From Candidatus Delongbacteria bacterium (GTDB lineage: Bacteria > CAIWAD01): 64,000 nt of DNA. Within the stretch, counting starts at the first letter, position 1, and each line of letters starts with the position of its first letter. Made by a program: the position numbers and the translations under genes. This document shows, piece by piece, positions 29,589 to 39,991 of the stretch. Under the pieces are notes generated by a model that was not told the origin of the DNA, ran no database searches, and saw only the letters and a list, made by a program, of their open reading frames with translations. Where the stretch lies: contig OY760505.1 in NCBI GenBank assembly GCA_963663545.1, forward strand, positions 704,001 to 768,000. Direction: 5' to 3'.

Positions 29589-29688
29589 CGCTGGGTGGTT
29601 CACGTAAGCTCTGGTCCCGCGAATGCGGGGCTTCCTGGAATGCACTTAACCTTCTGATCCGTAGTCAGAAGTGAAGGCAAACAGGTTG

Positions 29689-30072
29689 CTAAACAATGAT
29701 GCCAACAATCGTAATGACAATGGCAGCCAATGCGAGTCGTGCTACCACCCTATGCTTTTCATCAGGATGGTTTAGATGTGCCACTAGCGAGAAGCACCTT
29801 GAAACAAGGCACTCTTCACTACCACTTCTTGACGCAATACCTAGCTGCGAAGCCCCGTCATAATCCAGTTCAGCCATTCCTCGACTCAGCCCTGGTATCC
29901 CTCCGGCGCCATAAACCTGTCTATAGATCGCGGACTTCCCACTTTCTATCCTGACCCACGAGTTCCTACCACCCAATCGTTCAAGCAGACGGTTTGGCAC
30001 CCTTAGTATTCGTCGGCTCTTGTCTGCAGCTTTTGTGAGCAATCGAACTCTAACCGAAATCGCGTTTTTCAT
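29689..30072 (-). CDS. Small protein, possible double-psi beta-barrel with C-terminal TM helix
   Basis: ATG start 29 nt after the DUF499 gene; C-terminal LALAAIVITIVGIIV. Confidence 0.6.
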   Translation of the reverse strand: MKNAISVRVRLLTKAADKSRRILRVPNRLLERLGGRNSWVRIESGKSAIYRQVYGAGGIPGLSRGMAELDYDGASQLGIASRSGSEECLVSRCFSLVAHLNHPDEKHRVVARLALAAIVITIVGIIV

Positions 30073-30101
30073 GTCGACTGACCCTCTACCGCGCGTGTTC
30101 C

Positions 30102-33100
30102 CTACTCTTCCTCAAACCCTTGATTCTCAAACTTCAGTGTGCGGCCATTCTCCGTAACGATGCGAATGATCTGATCCGTTGGGCTTTCTTCAAACTCAGC
30201 CTCGATCTCCAGCGTGACACGGACCTTGGCACCTTTCTGGGTAACCAAGTGTGTCACGACTTCTTCGGCGATCCTGCCCGCATCACGGCCAACACGATTG
30301 GCATCCAACACCACAGCACCGTGGTAGCGTTTGTAGGTTGTTCTCGGCGGTGATGGCGGCCCCTTCGGCTTCCCACCTTCATCTGGATCTGGTCCCACAA
30401 TCGGCGGTGTTCCTCCATTGCCAGTGCTCCCCGTCGTGCCTGCACTGGTCTTGGTCTCCTGATCACGCTGTCGCTGTGCGGCCTCGGCTTTTACAACCAC
30501 TCCCGGATCGTGGTTTGAGATCAGAACACGCTCGCCCGTGCGCAGACCCTGGTAACGCTGGTTGCTGGCATCCCAGCCCTCGGCATAAGCGAAGCCATCA
30601 AGCGGCCAGGTTAGCAGTGCAACACCTTCGGAGATGGCATCACAGAGCACGGACATAGAGGTCAAGCGCTGCAGATAGACATAGCTGCCGAAGTACTCCA
30701 CCAACTGCTTGATCGAGATGTGCTGCTTGTCTTTCCACAGAATTTGATCGAGCTGCATTTTGAGAGCTGTGGACGCAAGCTTGTCAACCACCTTCTCGTC
30801 ACGCAGCAGCTTCTTGCCAGCACGAAGGGCGAGGCTTTCAGCACCTGTCAAGCGAACGCTCTCCCAGCGCAAGTCCTGATGTGGATCCAGCTGCTCAGGC
30901 ACGATCAACCAGGCATAGGTCTCCGGGATCTGCGAGCTGATGGTTTGATCCGCTTGCTTGCGCTGAGTCTCAGCTTGCCGCTTCATGCGTGGATCGAGGT
31001 TGTAGTCCTCCTCATTCTCCAGAATCCTGTTCCAGGCCAGGAAGCGCGCCGTAGCTTTGGTCAAACCCTGCAAGAGGGTCTTGTCTGCGGCCAGGAAGAC
31101 CGGGCTGTTACGGAAGAGTCGTGGTGTTGTACCGCGTTGTTGAAAGACATCCCTGGCCTGCACCATGGCAGGGCTGTCCTCAGCGCCCTTGACATGAGGC
31201 TGATCGGGGCCCAGGACTACGAGGGCTGCTCCGGGCTCGTCGGGGATATCCTGACTTCCTTGGGGTAGGGGATGAACGCGCTCGAAGACTCCCTTGACCT
31301 TCAGATCCTTCCGGAGCCGCTCGGCTATCTCCTGAAAGACTTTGTCGTGCTCCCGCTCGAGCTGCTGAGCCAGGTCCTCCGCCTCTTTCGTGATGGTCGG
31401 TCGCGTGGAATACCAGTAGCGATTCCCGTCCTGATAGAGGTAGGAAGCGACGGCCGACATCCGGCGAAGGGCATCCCCGATGAGCGCTGCAGACTCTTGC
31501 GGCTGCATGCTACCCAAGCGGATTCGCCGATCCTCCAGTCCTGAGTTCTCCTTGCCTGTACCGGGTGCCGTTCCCAGAAAAATGGTCCGAGCTACACGAC
31601 GGCAGGTGTGGTACTTGCCAAGTGCGGGTACCTGGGCATCGACCTTTACGGGTAGGGAATCAGGGCCATCAACTTCTTTGCCCAGAAGCGGAATCCAGCT
31701 GTCCACGAGATAACGAGTCAGCTCTGCGCTGACCTGGGGAGTATCAAGGGGCAGCGTGCCGGGGAGAATCAAGGGACTTGTATCACCGCGTTCCCAGAGA
31801 TCATGAATCACGGTAGCCATCAAGCGCAGCACGCCACGGGTGCGCTGAAATTTGAGCAGCGTGCTCCAATCCTGATAGAGGCGATCGAAAACTTCGGGAT
31901 GGATCGGATAAGCTTCCTTGATCCGCCTCTCGTACTCCGGCTGGCGAGTGTCCGGGGGGAAATCCTGCGCGTTTTGCCGGTAGAAATCAGCAAAGGCCGC
32001 AGCTGTCACATCCCGGTGTTTGTAGAGAGCTTCGTCGGCAATAGGCTCAAAGAGACGGCGGCGAACGATCTCGAAGCCTTCCTCCGCAGTGGCGGGAGTC
32101 CACGAACTATCCAGCCGACCAATCACATTGCGCAGGCGATCAAGTGCTTCCCGCCCGCGCTTGCCACCCACTTCCACGTCATCCGCCTGTGAATGCGGCG
32201 AGCTACTGGCGTTGTCGCTTGCCGGAAGGCTGATGACCAGGAGGCAATTCCTGGCCACCTTGGCCGACTCCGTCAGCGCCTGCGCGAAGGTGAAATGGGT
32301 CTCGAAACTGCCGCCGGGCAAATCACTGTCTTCGTGCAGCTGCCGCGCGTAGGCAACCCATTCGTCAATCAAAATGAGGCAGGGGCCATAGGTCGTGAAC
32401 AGCTCCTGCAAACGATCGCCTGGACTTGTTCCGTGTTCATCGTCGGCACGGATCAGCTCGTAGGCCTCCTTGCCGCCCAGTTGCCAGGCCAGTTCGCCCC
32501 AGAGCGTGTGCAGGCGCGTGCCGTCCTGCATGACACGCGGATTGCCGGGAGAAAGACGGTTGCCCACCAGCACCACACACTTCGCCTTTGGTAGCCGTTC
32601 GACTTCGCTCTCTTTGAGCAAGGCTTCGATTCCAGGCATGTCACCGGCGGTTTTTCCTGAAACCAGGTGATACAAGGCCAACATGGAGTGCGTCTTGCCA
32701 CCCCCAAAGTTGGTCTGCAGTTGGACGACCGAGTCGCCCCCCTTTCCCGCCAGACGCTTGATGGCATTTGTGATGAGCCCACGTAGACTGCGCGTTAAGT
32801 AAGTACGCCGGTAGAACTCGCGTGCATCACCGTATTCGGGGGCTACATCGCCGCCCACATGAACCTGCCACAAATCCGCGGCAAACTCGGCCTGCTGGTA
32901 GGTTCCGCCGCGCACATCCTGATGCGGCACAACGATCTCGCGCCAGGGTTTCAAGGCAAGCGAACTCTCCAGGTTCGGCAGCGTGCCCGTACCTTTGCGC
33001 ATCACGTTGCGGGCCTGCTCGTCAAAAACCACGCGGCGCAATTCCAACTTGATCTTGCGCACTTCGTCCGTTTGCGAGGCGGAAACCGCATTCAACAGTC

Positions 33101-33449
33101 GCTCGGCGCTGTCCAGGGCGCGGTCGGTGTCGTCACTGGAGAATGGATCCTGGTGCGCCCACTTGTTGCGCACATCTCGCAGCTCGCTGACCAAGCTGCG
33201 TTCGGCATGCCCCAACACATCGCGGAAAATGTCGTTCCAGTTACCCCACATGATTTTGAGCAGAGCAGCTGCGTCATAGGTGTGAATCGGCTTCTCCATC
33301 AAAGATGGATCATCCTCGAATACTCGTATTCGCGTGGGCGGTAGGCCTTCTTTGATCGCGCGGTGTACTTCGCGCTCAGCAAACTCGCCTAGCCCATCCC
33401 GCAGCAGATCCAGTGCTTTTCCAACGCGATCCCGGTTCGACAAAGCCAT
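30102..33449 (-). CDS. Swt1-HEPN + DUF499 AAA+ ATPase
   Basis: N-terminal RNKWAH (HEPN RxxxxH), EFAADL, Walker A FGGGKT, Walker B ILIDE, YPIHP, FQRTRGVLR. Confidence 0.92.
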   Translation of the reverse strand: MALSNRDRVGKALDLLRDGLGEFAEREVHRAIKEGLPPTRIRVFEDDPSLMEKPIHTYDAAALLKIMWGNWNDIFRDVLGHAERSLVSELRDVRNKWAHQDPFSSDDTDRALDSAERLLNAVSASQTDEVRKIKLELRRVVFDEQARNVMRKGTGTLPNLESSLALKPWREIVVPHQDVRGGTYQQAEFAADLWQVHVGGDVAPEYGDAREFYRRTYLTRSLRGLITNAIKRLAGKGGDSVVQLQTNFGGGKTHSMLALYHLVSGKTAGDMPGIEALLKESEVERLPKAKCVVLVGNRLSPGNPRVMQDGTRLHTLWGELAWQLGGKEAYELIRADDEHGTSPGDRLQELFTTYGPCLILIDEWVAYARQLHEDSDLPGGSFETHFTFAQALTESAKVARNCLLVISLPASDNASSSPHSQADDVEVGGKRGREALDRLRNVIGRLDSSWTPATAEEGFEIVRRRLFEPIADEALYKHRDVTAAAFADFYRQNAQDFPPDTRQPEYERRIKEAYPIHPEVFDRLYQDWSTLLKFQRTRGVLRLMATVIHDLWERGDTSPLILPGTLPLDTPQVSAELTRYLVDSWIPLLGKEVDGPDSLPVKVDAQVPALGKYHTCRRVARTIFLGTAPGTGKENSGLEDRRIRLGSMQPQESAALIGDALRRMSAVASYLYQDGNRYWYSTRPTITKEAEDLAQQLEREHDKVFQEIAERLRKDLKVKGVFERVHPLPQGSQDIPDEPGAALVVLGPDQPHVKGAEDSPAMVQARDVFQQRGTTPRLFRNSPVFLAADKTLLQGLTKATARFLAWNRILENEEDYNLDPRMKRQAETQRKQADQTISSQIPETYAWLIVPEQLDPHQDLRWESVRLTGAESLALRAGKKLLRDEKVVDKLASTALKMQLDQILWKDKQHISIKQLVEYFGSYVYLQRLTSMSVLCDAISEGVALLTWPLDGFAYAEGWDASNQRYQGLRTGERVLISNHDPGVVVKAEAAQRQRDQETKTSAGTTGSTGNGGTPPIVGPDPDEGGKPKGPPSPPRTTYKRYHGAVVLDANRVGRDAGRIAEEVVTHLVTQKGAKVRVTLEIEAEFEESPTDQIIRIVTENGRTLKFENQGFEEE

Positions 33450-36410
33450 GATGGTTCCTGTATCTTAGAGGAAGCTTCCCTGCTCGGGCACGGCAACCTG
33501 TTCGGCCAGCCTCTGCAGCTCTGGCCAACTCTGCACCAGGCTGTTGTAGCCTAGCGCCTCCTTCGCCCATTTCTTGCGCTCACACAGGGAGTACAGGCGG
33601 TACGCCAGTTCCCGTGCTGTTTCCCCCTGCGGACCCAGTTTGGCCAGCAGATGGGCGGCGACGGATTCGCCCTCGCTCAAGGCGCGCAGAAGGTGATGCA
33701 CCATCTCCCAGACCGTGAGACGCTTATCGCTGCTGGGGTCCCACTTCGCATCCAGGTGTTCGGGCCGTAGCAGACAGACCTTGCCTTTGCCCGCCTTCCA
33801 GACCTTGGCCTCTTCCAGCCCCGCCACACTGCTGTTCTTGGCCTTTGAGAGCGTCTCGGCTACGCCAAAGGGGCCTTCCTCAAAGCCATACTGCTCAAAC
33901 CAGGCCAGGGCCAGGCGGCTGTCGGCGTCGAAGTCGCCTTCCTGTTCGGCCAGGGTTTCATCCAACACCTCGTTGATCAGCGCCAGCGCCTGCCGGACAG
34001 AAAGGGCCTCGCCAGCGGCATCCAGCACCCGCTCGTAGCGCGTGTACACGGCCATGCCGGGGCCGATGGCGGCTTGCGCTAGGTCTACGGGAGCGATGTT
34101 GCCCTTTTGTAATCTGCATACCGCTGAGGCAAGCTCCGGCTTTAGCTCTGCTCTGAAAGACTTTCGAAGGATACTGGGGGCATCTAACTCCTTCTTCCTA
34201 CAGACTAGCACAATCGAAATCGAAAGCGAGTTATTACCATTTGCCTGCTGCCTTGTTGTTCCTTCTGTTTGAAGTGGCCACGTTCCAGTAATTCTGTACC
34301 CAGAATCGCATACGGCTTGTAAAAATACATCCCAGCCAGTGGAAAATGATCCTGAAGTACTTGTTTCAGATTGCTTGTATGCATAGTAGATAGTAATTGG
34401 ATATCCTGGGTGCATACCATTCTTTATGGATATTAACGTTTGCGACATGCTTTGCATGAATTGGCGATCCGCATCGCCTCTCGATGCAATCTTTACTGTT
34501 GAAACAATCAATTCGTCATTTTTGGGAGAGCTCAAAGTTGAGAGAAGAGAAGGAAAAACAGATCGAAGGTTGCGACGTAGAAACACATAAAAAAAGTCCG
34601 AAATCTCTGCATAACTTATATTGTCATAATAAGGAGGATCTGTTGACATTACAACACCATTATAAATGTTTGTGACTGCGTTTCCCTGAAACACCGCCCC
34701 TTTCGGAATCCAACTCCTCACTCCAATCTTTGTAATAGAACTCGACATAATGTCAACTGCATTCTTCCACGTGATGCCCTTACCGGCGAAAACATTCGAC
34801 TCTGGAAAATCCCAAACCATTGGAATAGCTTGTTTCTTCAATGTCTGCATCACTTGTTGACCGGATGCCTTCCAAGTAGTGAGGGCGGAGTTGTAATCTG
34901 CAATTCTATCAACTACAAATCCCAAGTACACACTCACCGCTTCCGCATAGGCTCGCGCCCCCTTGCCACCCTGCTCCAGCGGCACATTGTCATTAGGCAA
35001 GCCATTTTTGCTGGCATCCTGCAGAACACGCTCACGCGCCTCGGCCACCAGATCGGAAAAGGTGTTGAGGGCTACTAGTTGGCGGGGCGTAAAGAGGTCG
35101 CCGAATACATCCATGCCGTAATTCGAGACGTTTACACGGCACTTCCCGTGAAGCTGGACATCGGGGCTCCATTCGGGTCTTGCAGATCTTGCAATGTGTT
35201 CAGCGTCTTCAGTTGGCCTCAAGTAAACTCGCCCACGATCCCCTTCAAGAACGATAGCCATCAGTATTGATCTCAGATTCCCTGCTTGGCCTTGCTCGCG
35301 GATGTAGCTGTACCTAATGGGGACCCCCGACATCAAGCATTTGAATCCTGCACGCTTGCCCGCAGAGGTTCCCGCTTCTGTAACTGAAGCATCCTTTGGT
35401 TTGCCCACCTTCACGGTAAAGCGATAGCTGTCGCCCTCGAGCACTGGTTCTACATAGGCTTCCTTGCCCTTCTTGGTGGAGAGCATGAAGGTTGAGGCCA
35501 GGGGCACGTCCACATGGGAAAAGGCGGGGTTGGGGCTCTTAACCGTGCGCGCCCAGATCCAGGCGATCACCGTCAGTTCACGGTTCAGGTAGGCTTTGAG
35601 GTCGGGTCGCTCCGCCGCCATCTCGGCCGTAACCTTCACCTTTGGGTACAAGTGCCCAATGCGCTTTTCGGCTTCGTCGCGCATCCACTGGCCGTAGTAG
35701 CGCACATCCTCCGCCAGGCCCTGGGCGCCTTTCCACTCGCGGCCCATCTTCTGTGCTGCAGGCATCTGCCGCCATTCGGGGTTGACGGGCTCCCAGCCGG
35801 CAAATTTGGGGGGAATCTCGATCATGGCCTTGTTGATCAGCACGGCCACGGGGTTCAAGTCGCTGGCCCAGGCTTCCAGACCCAGGCGCTGGGCTTCCAG
35901 CGGTAAGGCCCCGCCCCCGGCAAAGGGGTCATGGAAGGCGGGCAGCTTGTGGCGATCGAAGAGTTCCCCGGCCTGCGGGTGATCGGCATTGGCGGCACAG
36001 GTGCGTCGCCAGCTGGCCCAGATTTCGTCCCGCGCCTGCTGCAGGACCGTCTCGTTGGTGGTGTTCTTCCACTTCACCAACTCCTCGATCAAGCGAAAAA
36101 GGCGCTCGCGCTCCTGGTCGGCGACACAGGCTGCCAGCGTCAACTCTTCGGGGGCTTCAGCTACTTCGCCTGACACCTCGGCGGCCTCACGACGCTTCAG
36201 CCGGCGCTTGAGTTCAGCCTCGGCCTGGCGCTTGAGCTTGGGGTCGCTCAAGAGCTGGTCCGTGTACTCGCTGGGGTCGTCCACCATTTGCGCAAAGGTT
36301 ACTGCACGTGCTGCCGAAAGTGGTCTTCGGGCTTTCCATAAGAAGTGGGGCCGCTTTTTCGGACAGTATGTTAAGGTGTCTCCCATCCTATCGACATGAG
36401 GACTGGAGCC

Positions 36411-36692
36411 ATGAAGAAACGACGTACTTTCCCTGCCGAATTCAAAGCCCGTGTTGCGTTGGAAGCGCTGTCCGGGGCCTACACGCTGGCTGAGCTGGCT
36501 GCAAAACACGACCTGCACCCCAACATGATCGCCCAATGGAAACGCAAGGTGCAGGAGGATCTGCCTGCCCTCTTCGCCAAGAAAAGCGAGCTCGCTACAG
36601 ATGGTCGTGAAGCCGAAATCAAGGATCTGCAGGCCAAGGTCGGCCAGCTGACCATGGAACGGGATTTTTTAGCCAAAGCCTTCGGTCGATGA
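36411..36692 (+). CDS. IS3 transposase OrfA (HTH)
   Basis: MKKRRTFPAEFKARVAL...LTMERDFL; GGATTTTTTA candidate -1 slip site near 36662. Confidence 0.9.
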   Translation: MKKRRTFPAEFKARVALEALSGAYTLAELAAKHDLHPNMIAQWKRKVQEDLPALFAKKSELATDGREAEIKDLQAKVGQLTMERDFLAKAFGR

Positions 36693-37543
36693 GCCACGGT
36701 CGGAGAGTCGAGATGGTGGATCCCAATCACCCCAGGCTCAGCATCCACAGGCAGTGTCAGTTGGTGTCCATCGCCCGCTCGTCCTTCTACTACACGGGCA
36801 AGGGCGAATCGCCGCTCAACCTGAAGCTGATGCGCTTGATCGACGAAGAATTCATGCAGCACCCCTTCCTGGGATCCAGACAGATGGCGCGCTACCTGCG
36901 TCGCCAAGGCTACTGCGTGGGACGAAAGCGCGTGCAACGCTTGATGCGCAAGATGGGCATGGCAGCGATCTACTGCGCGCCAAAGACCAGCGAGCCACAC
37001 CCGCAACACAAGATCTACCCTTATCTGCTCAGACACATGGTGATTGATCGTCCGAACCAGGTCTGGTGCGCGGACATCACCTACATCCCGATGCGCCGTG
37101 GCTTCCTGTACTTGGTGGCCATCATGGACTGGGCAACACGCGCAGTACTGTCCTGGCGCCTCAGTAACACAATGGACAGCCACTTCTGCGTGGAAGCGCT
37201 GGAAGAGGCAATACGGAGGTATGGACGACCGGAGGTCTTCAACACGGACCAGGGTAGCCAATTCACCAGTCTGGACTTCACAGGAGTGCTGAAGCAGGAA
37301 GGAATTCGCATTTCGATGGATGGCAGGGGCCGCTGGATGGACAACCGCTTCATTGAGCGACTCTGGCGCTCGCTGAAGTACGAGTGCATTTACTTGCACG
37401 AGCTGGAGACGGGAGGGGGGGCCAGAAGGCTGATCGACGATTGGATGCGCTACTACAACCACGACCGTCCGCACTCTTCACTCGAGGGCGGAAGAACGCC
37501 TTTTGAAACGTACCTTCAAGAGCCGGAAGAAAAGGCGGCATGA
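36689..37543 (+). CDS. IS3 transposase OrfB (DDE/rve)
   Basis: WCADITY, NTDQGSQF, DNRFIERLWRSLKYE, YNHDRPHSSL. Confidence 0.95.
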   Translation: MSHGRRVEMVDPNHPRLSIHRQCQLVSIARSSFYYTGKGESPLNLKLMRLIDEEFMQHPFLGSRQMARYLRRQGYCVGRKRVQRLMRKMGMAAIYCAPKTSEPHPQHKIYPYLLRHMVIDRPNQVWCADITYIPMRRGFLYLVAIMDWATRAVLSWRLSNTMDSHFCVEALEEAIRRYGRPEVFNTDQGSQFTSLDFTGVLKQEGIRISMDGRGRWMDNRFIERLWRSLKYECIYLHELETGGGARRLIDDWMRYYNHDRPHSSLEGGRTPFETYLQEPEEKAA

Positions 37544-37753
37544 GCCATGCACAGGGAGTCCACCTTAACTACGCCGCCAAACTGTCCAGCGAATGGGGTC
37601 CACTTCTATAAGTGAAGTCCTCGTGGATGTGGACCAATCCCCGGCTTATTCTCGTATATGCAAGCATTGTTTACTGCTTCAAGTGGCAGGGCGACTTCGA
37701 TGAGCTTTTTGGTGTGTTTCATTGCTGTACGATTTGTTGGTGAAATTTCATGG

Positions 37754-38362
37754 TTAGGTCAGTGCATCAAGAAGACGCGCAGCCCAAGGTGATGCAATCC
37801 TGACGAGTTCGGGATTCAAGCTTGCCAGGATATCAAACGAATGGCCACCCTTTGAGTAGCCACCCTTTGGACAATCGCGCGTTGCACTTGCCAACCCGCG
37901 CAAAACGTCCCGCTTGGGTACTTTCTCGATTTGAGTGTTCGCTGGAAGTGCATTCTTTCTGAAGTGCTGCCCGTAGTACCTGGCTAATGCGTCTTTATCT
38001 GCCAGGAACCAGTTCTCCATGCATTCTACCATCAAATGGCAGTGCATGTCTTCTGCCCCTGGCGGCCTCTGCCATTCATCTCCCGCCCTCTTCGATAGAT
38101 GAAGCCACGGCTTCCATGTACTGCGGTCCTCCTCAGGTTCGCAAGCAGACTCCACAGCTGTTTCGCTGTCAACGAGCAGCATCGCCTCCTCACCCATGCG
38201 CGAAGCAGTACAGAACATGTCATATGCCTGCTGGCGCCCACCTGCAGCAACTACTCGAGGCATAGAGTCAGAGATACCCGCGTGCTCAAAGAACTCGCGA
38301 AAGCCCTTGCGACACTTGCTTGCAAGGTCACCCTTACTTCCACCTTCTACATAGATCTTCAT
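37754..38362 (-). CDS. DUF4276-like TOPRIM-fold protein
   Basis: KIYVEG, LLVDSE and MENWFLAD motifs; directly after an ABC/AAA ATPase. Confidence 0.8.
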   Translation of the reverse strand: MKIYVEGGSKGDLASKCRKGFREFFEHAGISDSMPRVVAAGGRQQAYDMFCTASRMGEEAMLLVDSETAVESACEPEEDRSTWKPWLHLSKRAGDEWQRPPGAEDMHCHLMVECMENWFLADKDALARYYGQHFRKNALPANTQIEKVPKRDVLRGLASATRDCPKGGYSKGGHSFDILASLNPELVRIASPWAARLLDALT

Positions 38363-38371
38363 CTAAGTCCC

Positions 38372-39538
38372 CTACCACCTTACACCGCCGATTTCCCCAC
38401 TTGTCCAAAGCTCACCAAGCCGATACTTCTCAAGCCAGGGTCCTAACTCGGATGAGTCAAGTCGCTTAAGCTGCGATCCATGCTCGTTACGCTCGCAGAT
38501 CAGGACCGATTCGGCGTGATCGGTGAGGGCATCCACGAGTATTTCTGAATGTGTTGTGACGAACAGCTGGCACCGCTCTGATGCCTCGACCAGCAATTCG
38601 GCAATGGTCGGCAGTACATCGGGGTGCAAGCCCAACTCTGGTTCTTCAATACATACAACAGGAGGAGGAGTGGGATGGCAAAGGATAGCCAGTAGAAACA
38701 AGTACCTAAGTGTTCCATCCGACAAACGTGTTGCAGGAATAACCTGGCCTCTTTCTTGGAAGAACAACTGTACTGTGTTTGCCTCGATGGACACATAAGT
38801 ATCCTCAATCCCATCGTAGAGCACACGAAGTGCCTTCAAAAAGCGCTGTTTTGCTTGAGGGGATTTCCCTAGCGAGTTAATGATCAAACCAAGGTTTTCA
38901 GCCCGCGGATCGAGGAAGTCGTTGGGTAGATCGGCTTTCTGAGCTCCTCTTGGCAGTGAAGCTCTCCCAATCTGCCATTCGCGATAACACCGGATCTTCG
39001 ATAACACGTTGCCCAGATAGGTAATCTCTGGATACTGATCCGGGTCCTTGCGCTGCGACAGAACTGAGGTAGTGATGTCAATATCCTCGTGCTGCAGTTT
39101 TCTTGTATCACCCTTGATATTCAGTATGCCGTGGTCGCCAGTGAAGGTGTAGTACAAGTAAGGCTCATCGTGTTCTTTGTACGGTTGCTCGTTCTCTATT
39201 CGCTCTTCGGTGATCTCAAATCTTTGGTTCGCTTCAGTAAATCCAAATTTGTAGCGAAGTCTCATTTTTAGGTTGCTGCTGTTCTCCAGAACAACTTCCA
39301 CTCTGGCCAAACAATCCTCTGGTTTTCCCTTCCATAGCCAGTCCCGAACACCACCGCCGATTCGAATCGGCACCCGTAGATCAGTTGGGGCAAATCGCAG
39401 CAACTCGAAGCAATCGAGGAAGTTGGACTTCCCTGATCCGTTTGGCCCAACCAACACATTCAGCGGTCTTAAGGGTACTTCTTGTGAGTCGGGGCCAAAG
39501 CTCAGGAAATTCTGTAGCTTGATAGAATGGAACAGCAT
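38372..39538 (-). CDS. AAA_21/ABC-type ATPase
   Basis: GPNGSGKS, LSDGT signature, IEEPELGLHP, TTHS. Confidence 0.92.
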   Translation of the reverse strand: MLFHSIKLQNFLSFGPDSQEVPLRPLNVLVGPNGSGKSNFLDCFELLRFAPTDLRVPIRIGGGVRDWLWKGKPEDCLARVEVVLENSSNLKMRLRYKFGFTEANQRFEITEERIENEQPYKEHDEPYLYYTFTGDHGILNIKGDTRKLQHEDIDITTSVLSQRKDPDQYPEITYLGNVLSKIRCYREWQIGRASLPRGAQKADLPNDFLDPRAENLGLIINSLGKSPQAKQRFLKALRVLYDGIEDTYVSIEANTVQLFFQERGQVIPATRLSDGTLRYLFLLAILCHPTPPPVVCIEEPELGLHPDVLPTIAELLVEASERCQLFVTTHSEILVDALTDHAESVLICERNEHGSQLKRLDSSELGPWLEKYRLGELWTSGEIGGVRW

Positions 39539-39663
39539 TTTTCCGCCCTCGTCTCTTGATCCACTTCCCTTGCAAAATTGCAATTGGGATGCATGATTGT
39601 CGCATATCCCGCCAGCGATAGCATCGCTGGCCCGACGCTCCGCTTGCGGGGCGTTTTCTTTTT

Positions 39664-39958
39664 CTATGGGTCCCGCTTACTCAGGAAATACCTGCGTTTG
39701 GGATCCTTTAGCCCCGATCCAACCACACTCTCCAGGCCACGCTCAGGTAGCTCAGCAAGACGGATCCGGGTTGCCCGGCGACTGCGTCGGATGGCGGTCG
39801 CAATTTCTTGTGTGGATCGGCCTTCCCTGGCAGACAGGAGACCTAAAATCTCCTGCTCGATCCCGTCCACTTGAATGGTCTCGCTGCGTTGCGTCGAGAC
39901 TGCGCTTGAACTCGAGAGTCTTGCTTTCGGGCGCCAGAAGGAGATCATCGATCTTCAT
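39664..39958 (-). pseudogene. Remnant of an AlbA_2 (Schlafen-like)/HATPase/HTH protein with large internal deletion
   Basis: N-terminal MKIDDLLLAPESKTLEFKR is joined out of frame to a C-terminal wHTH (STQEIATAI...KDPKRRYFL). Confidence 0.65.
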
Positions 39959-39991
39959 GCTAGGAAATGTACTCTGAAGTTCTCACGGGAG

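Larger units (their letters stand above)
36341..37607 (+). mobile_element. IS3-family insertion sequence (1267 bp)
   Basis: Imperfect 27-bp inverted repeats AGAAGTGG...GGACAGT; 3-bp target duplication ATA (36338-36340 and 37608-37610); orfA/orfB. Confidence 0.95.
33465..37722 (-). pseudogene. DUF1156 adenine-specific DNA methyltransferase split by an IS3 element
   Basis: 5' fragment 37609-37722 MKHTKKLIEVALPL...RGLHL rejoins WKARRPL at 36337 when the IS is removed; DPFAGGG (motif I) and TDPPYY (motif IV). Confidence 0.92.

Noticed and set aside
29326..29640. CRISPR array or integron attC sites
   Set aside because: Only two full repeats with a 134-bp spacer; no cas or intI gene; no clear attC R/L boxes.
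33465..36536. 1023-aa ORF as an intact methyltransferase
   Set aside because: Its N-terminus is IS sequence; the true start is at 37722.
36479..37474. 331-aa minus-strand ORF
   Set aside because: Antisense shadow of the IS3 transposase.
33465..37722. DUF1156 methyltransferase as the cause of the GTRWYAC motif
   Set aside because: The gene is on an accessory, motif-poor island and is disrupted; nothing in the sequence links its specificity to the motif.
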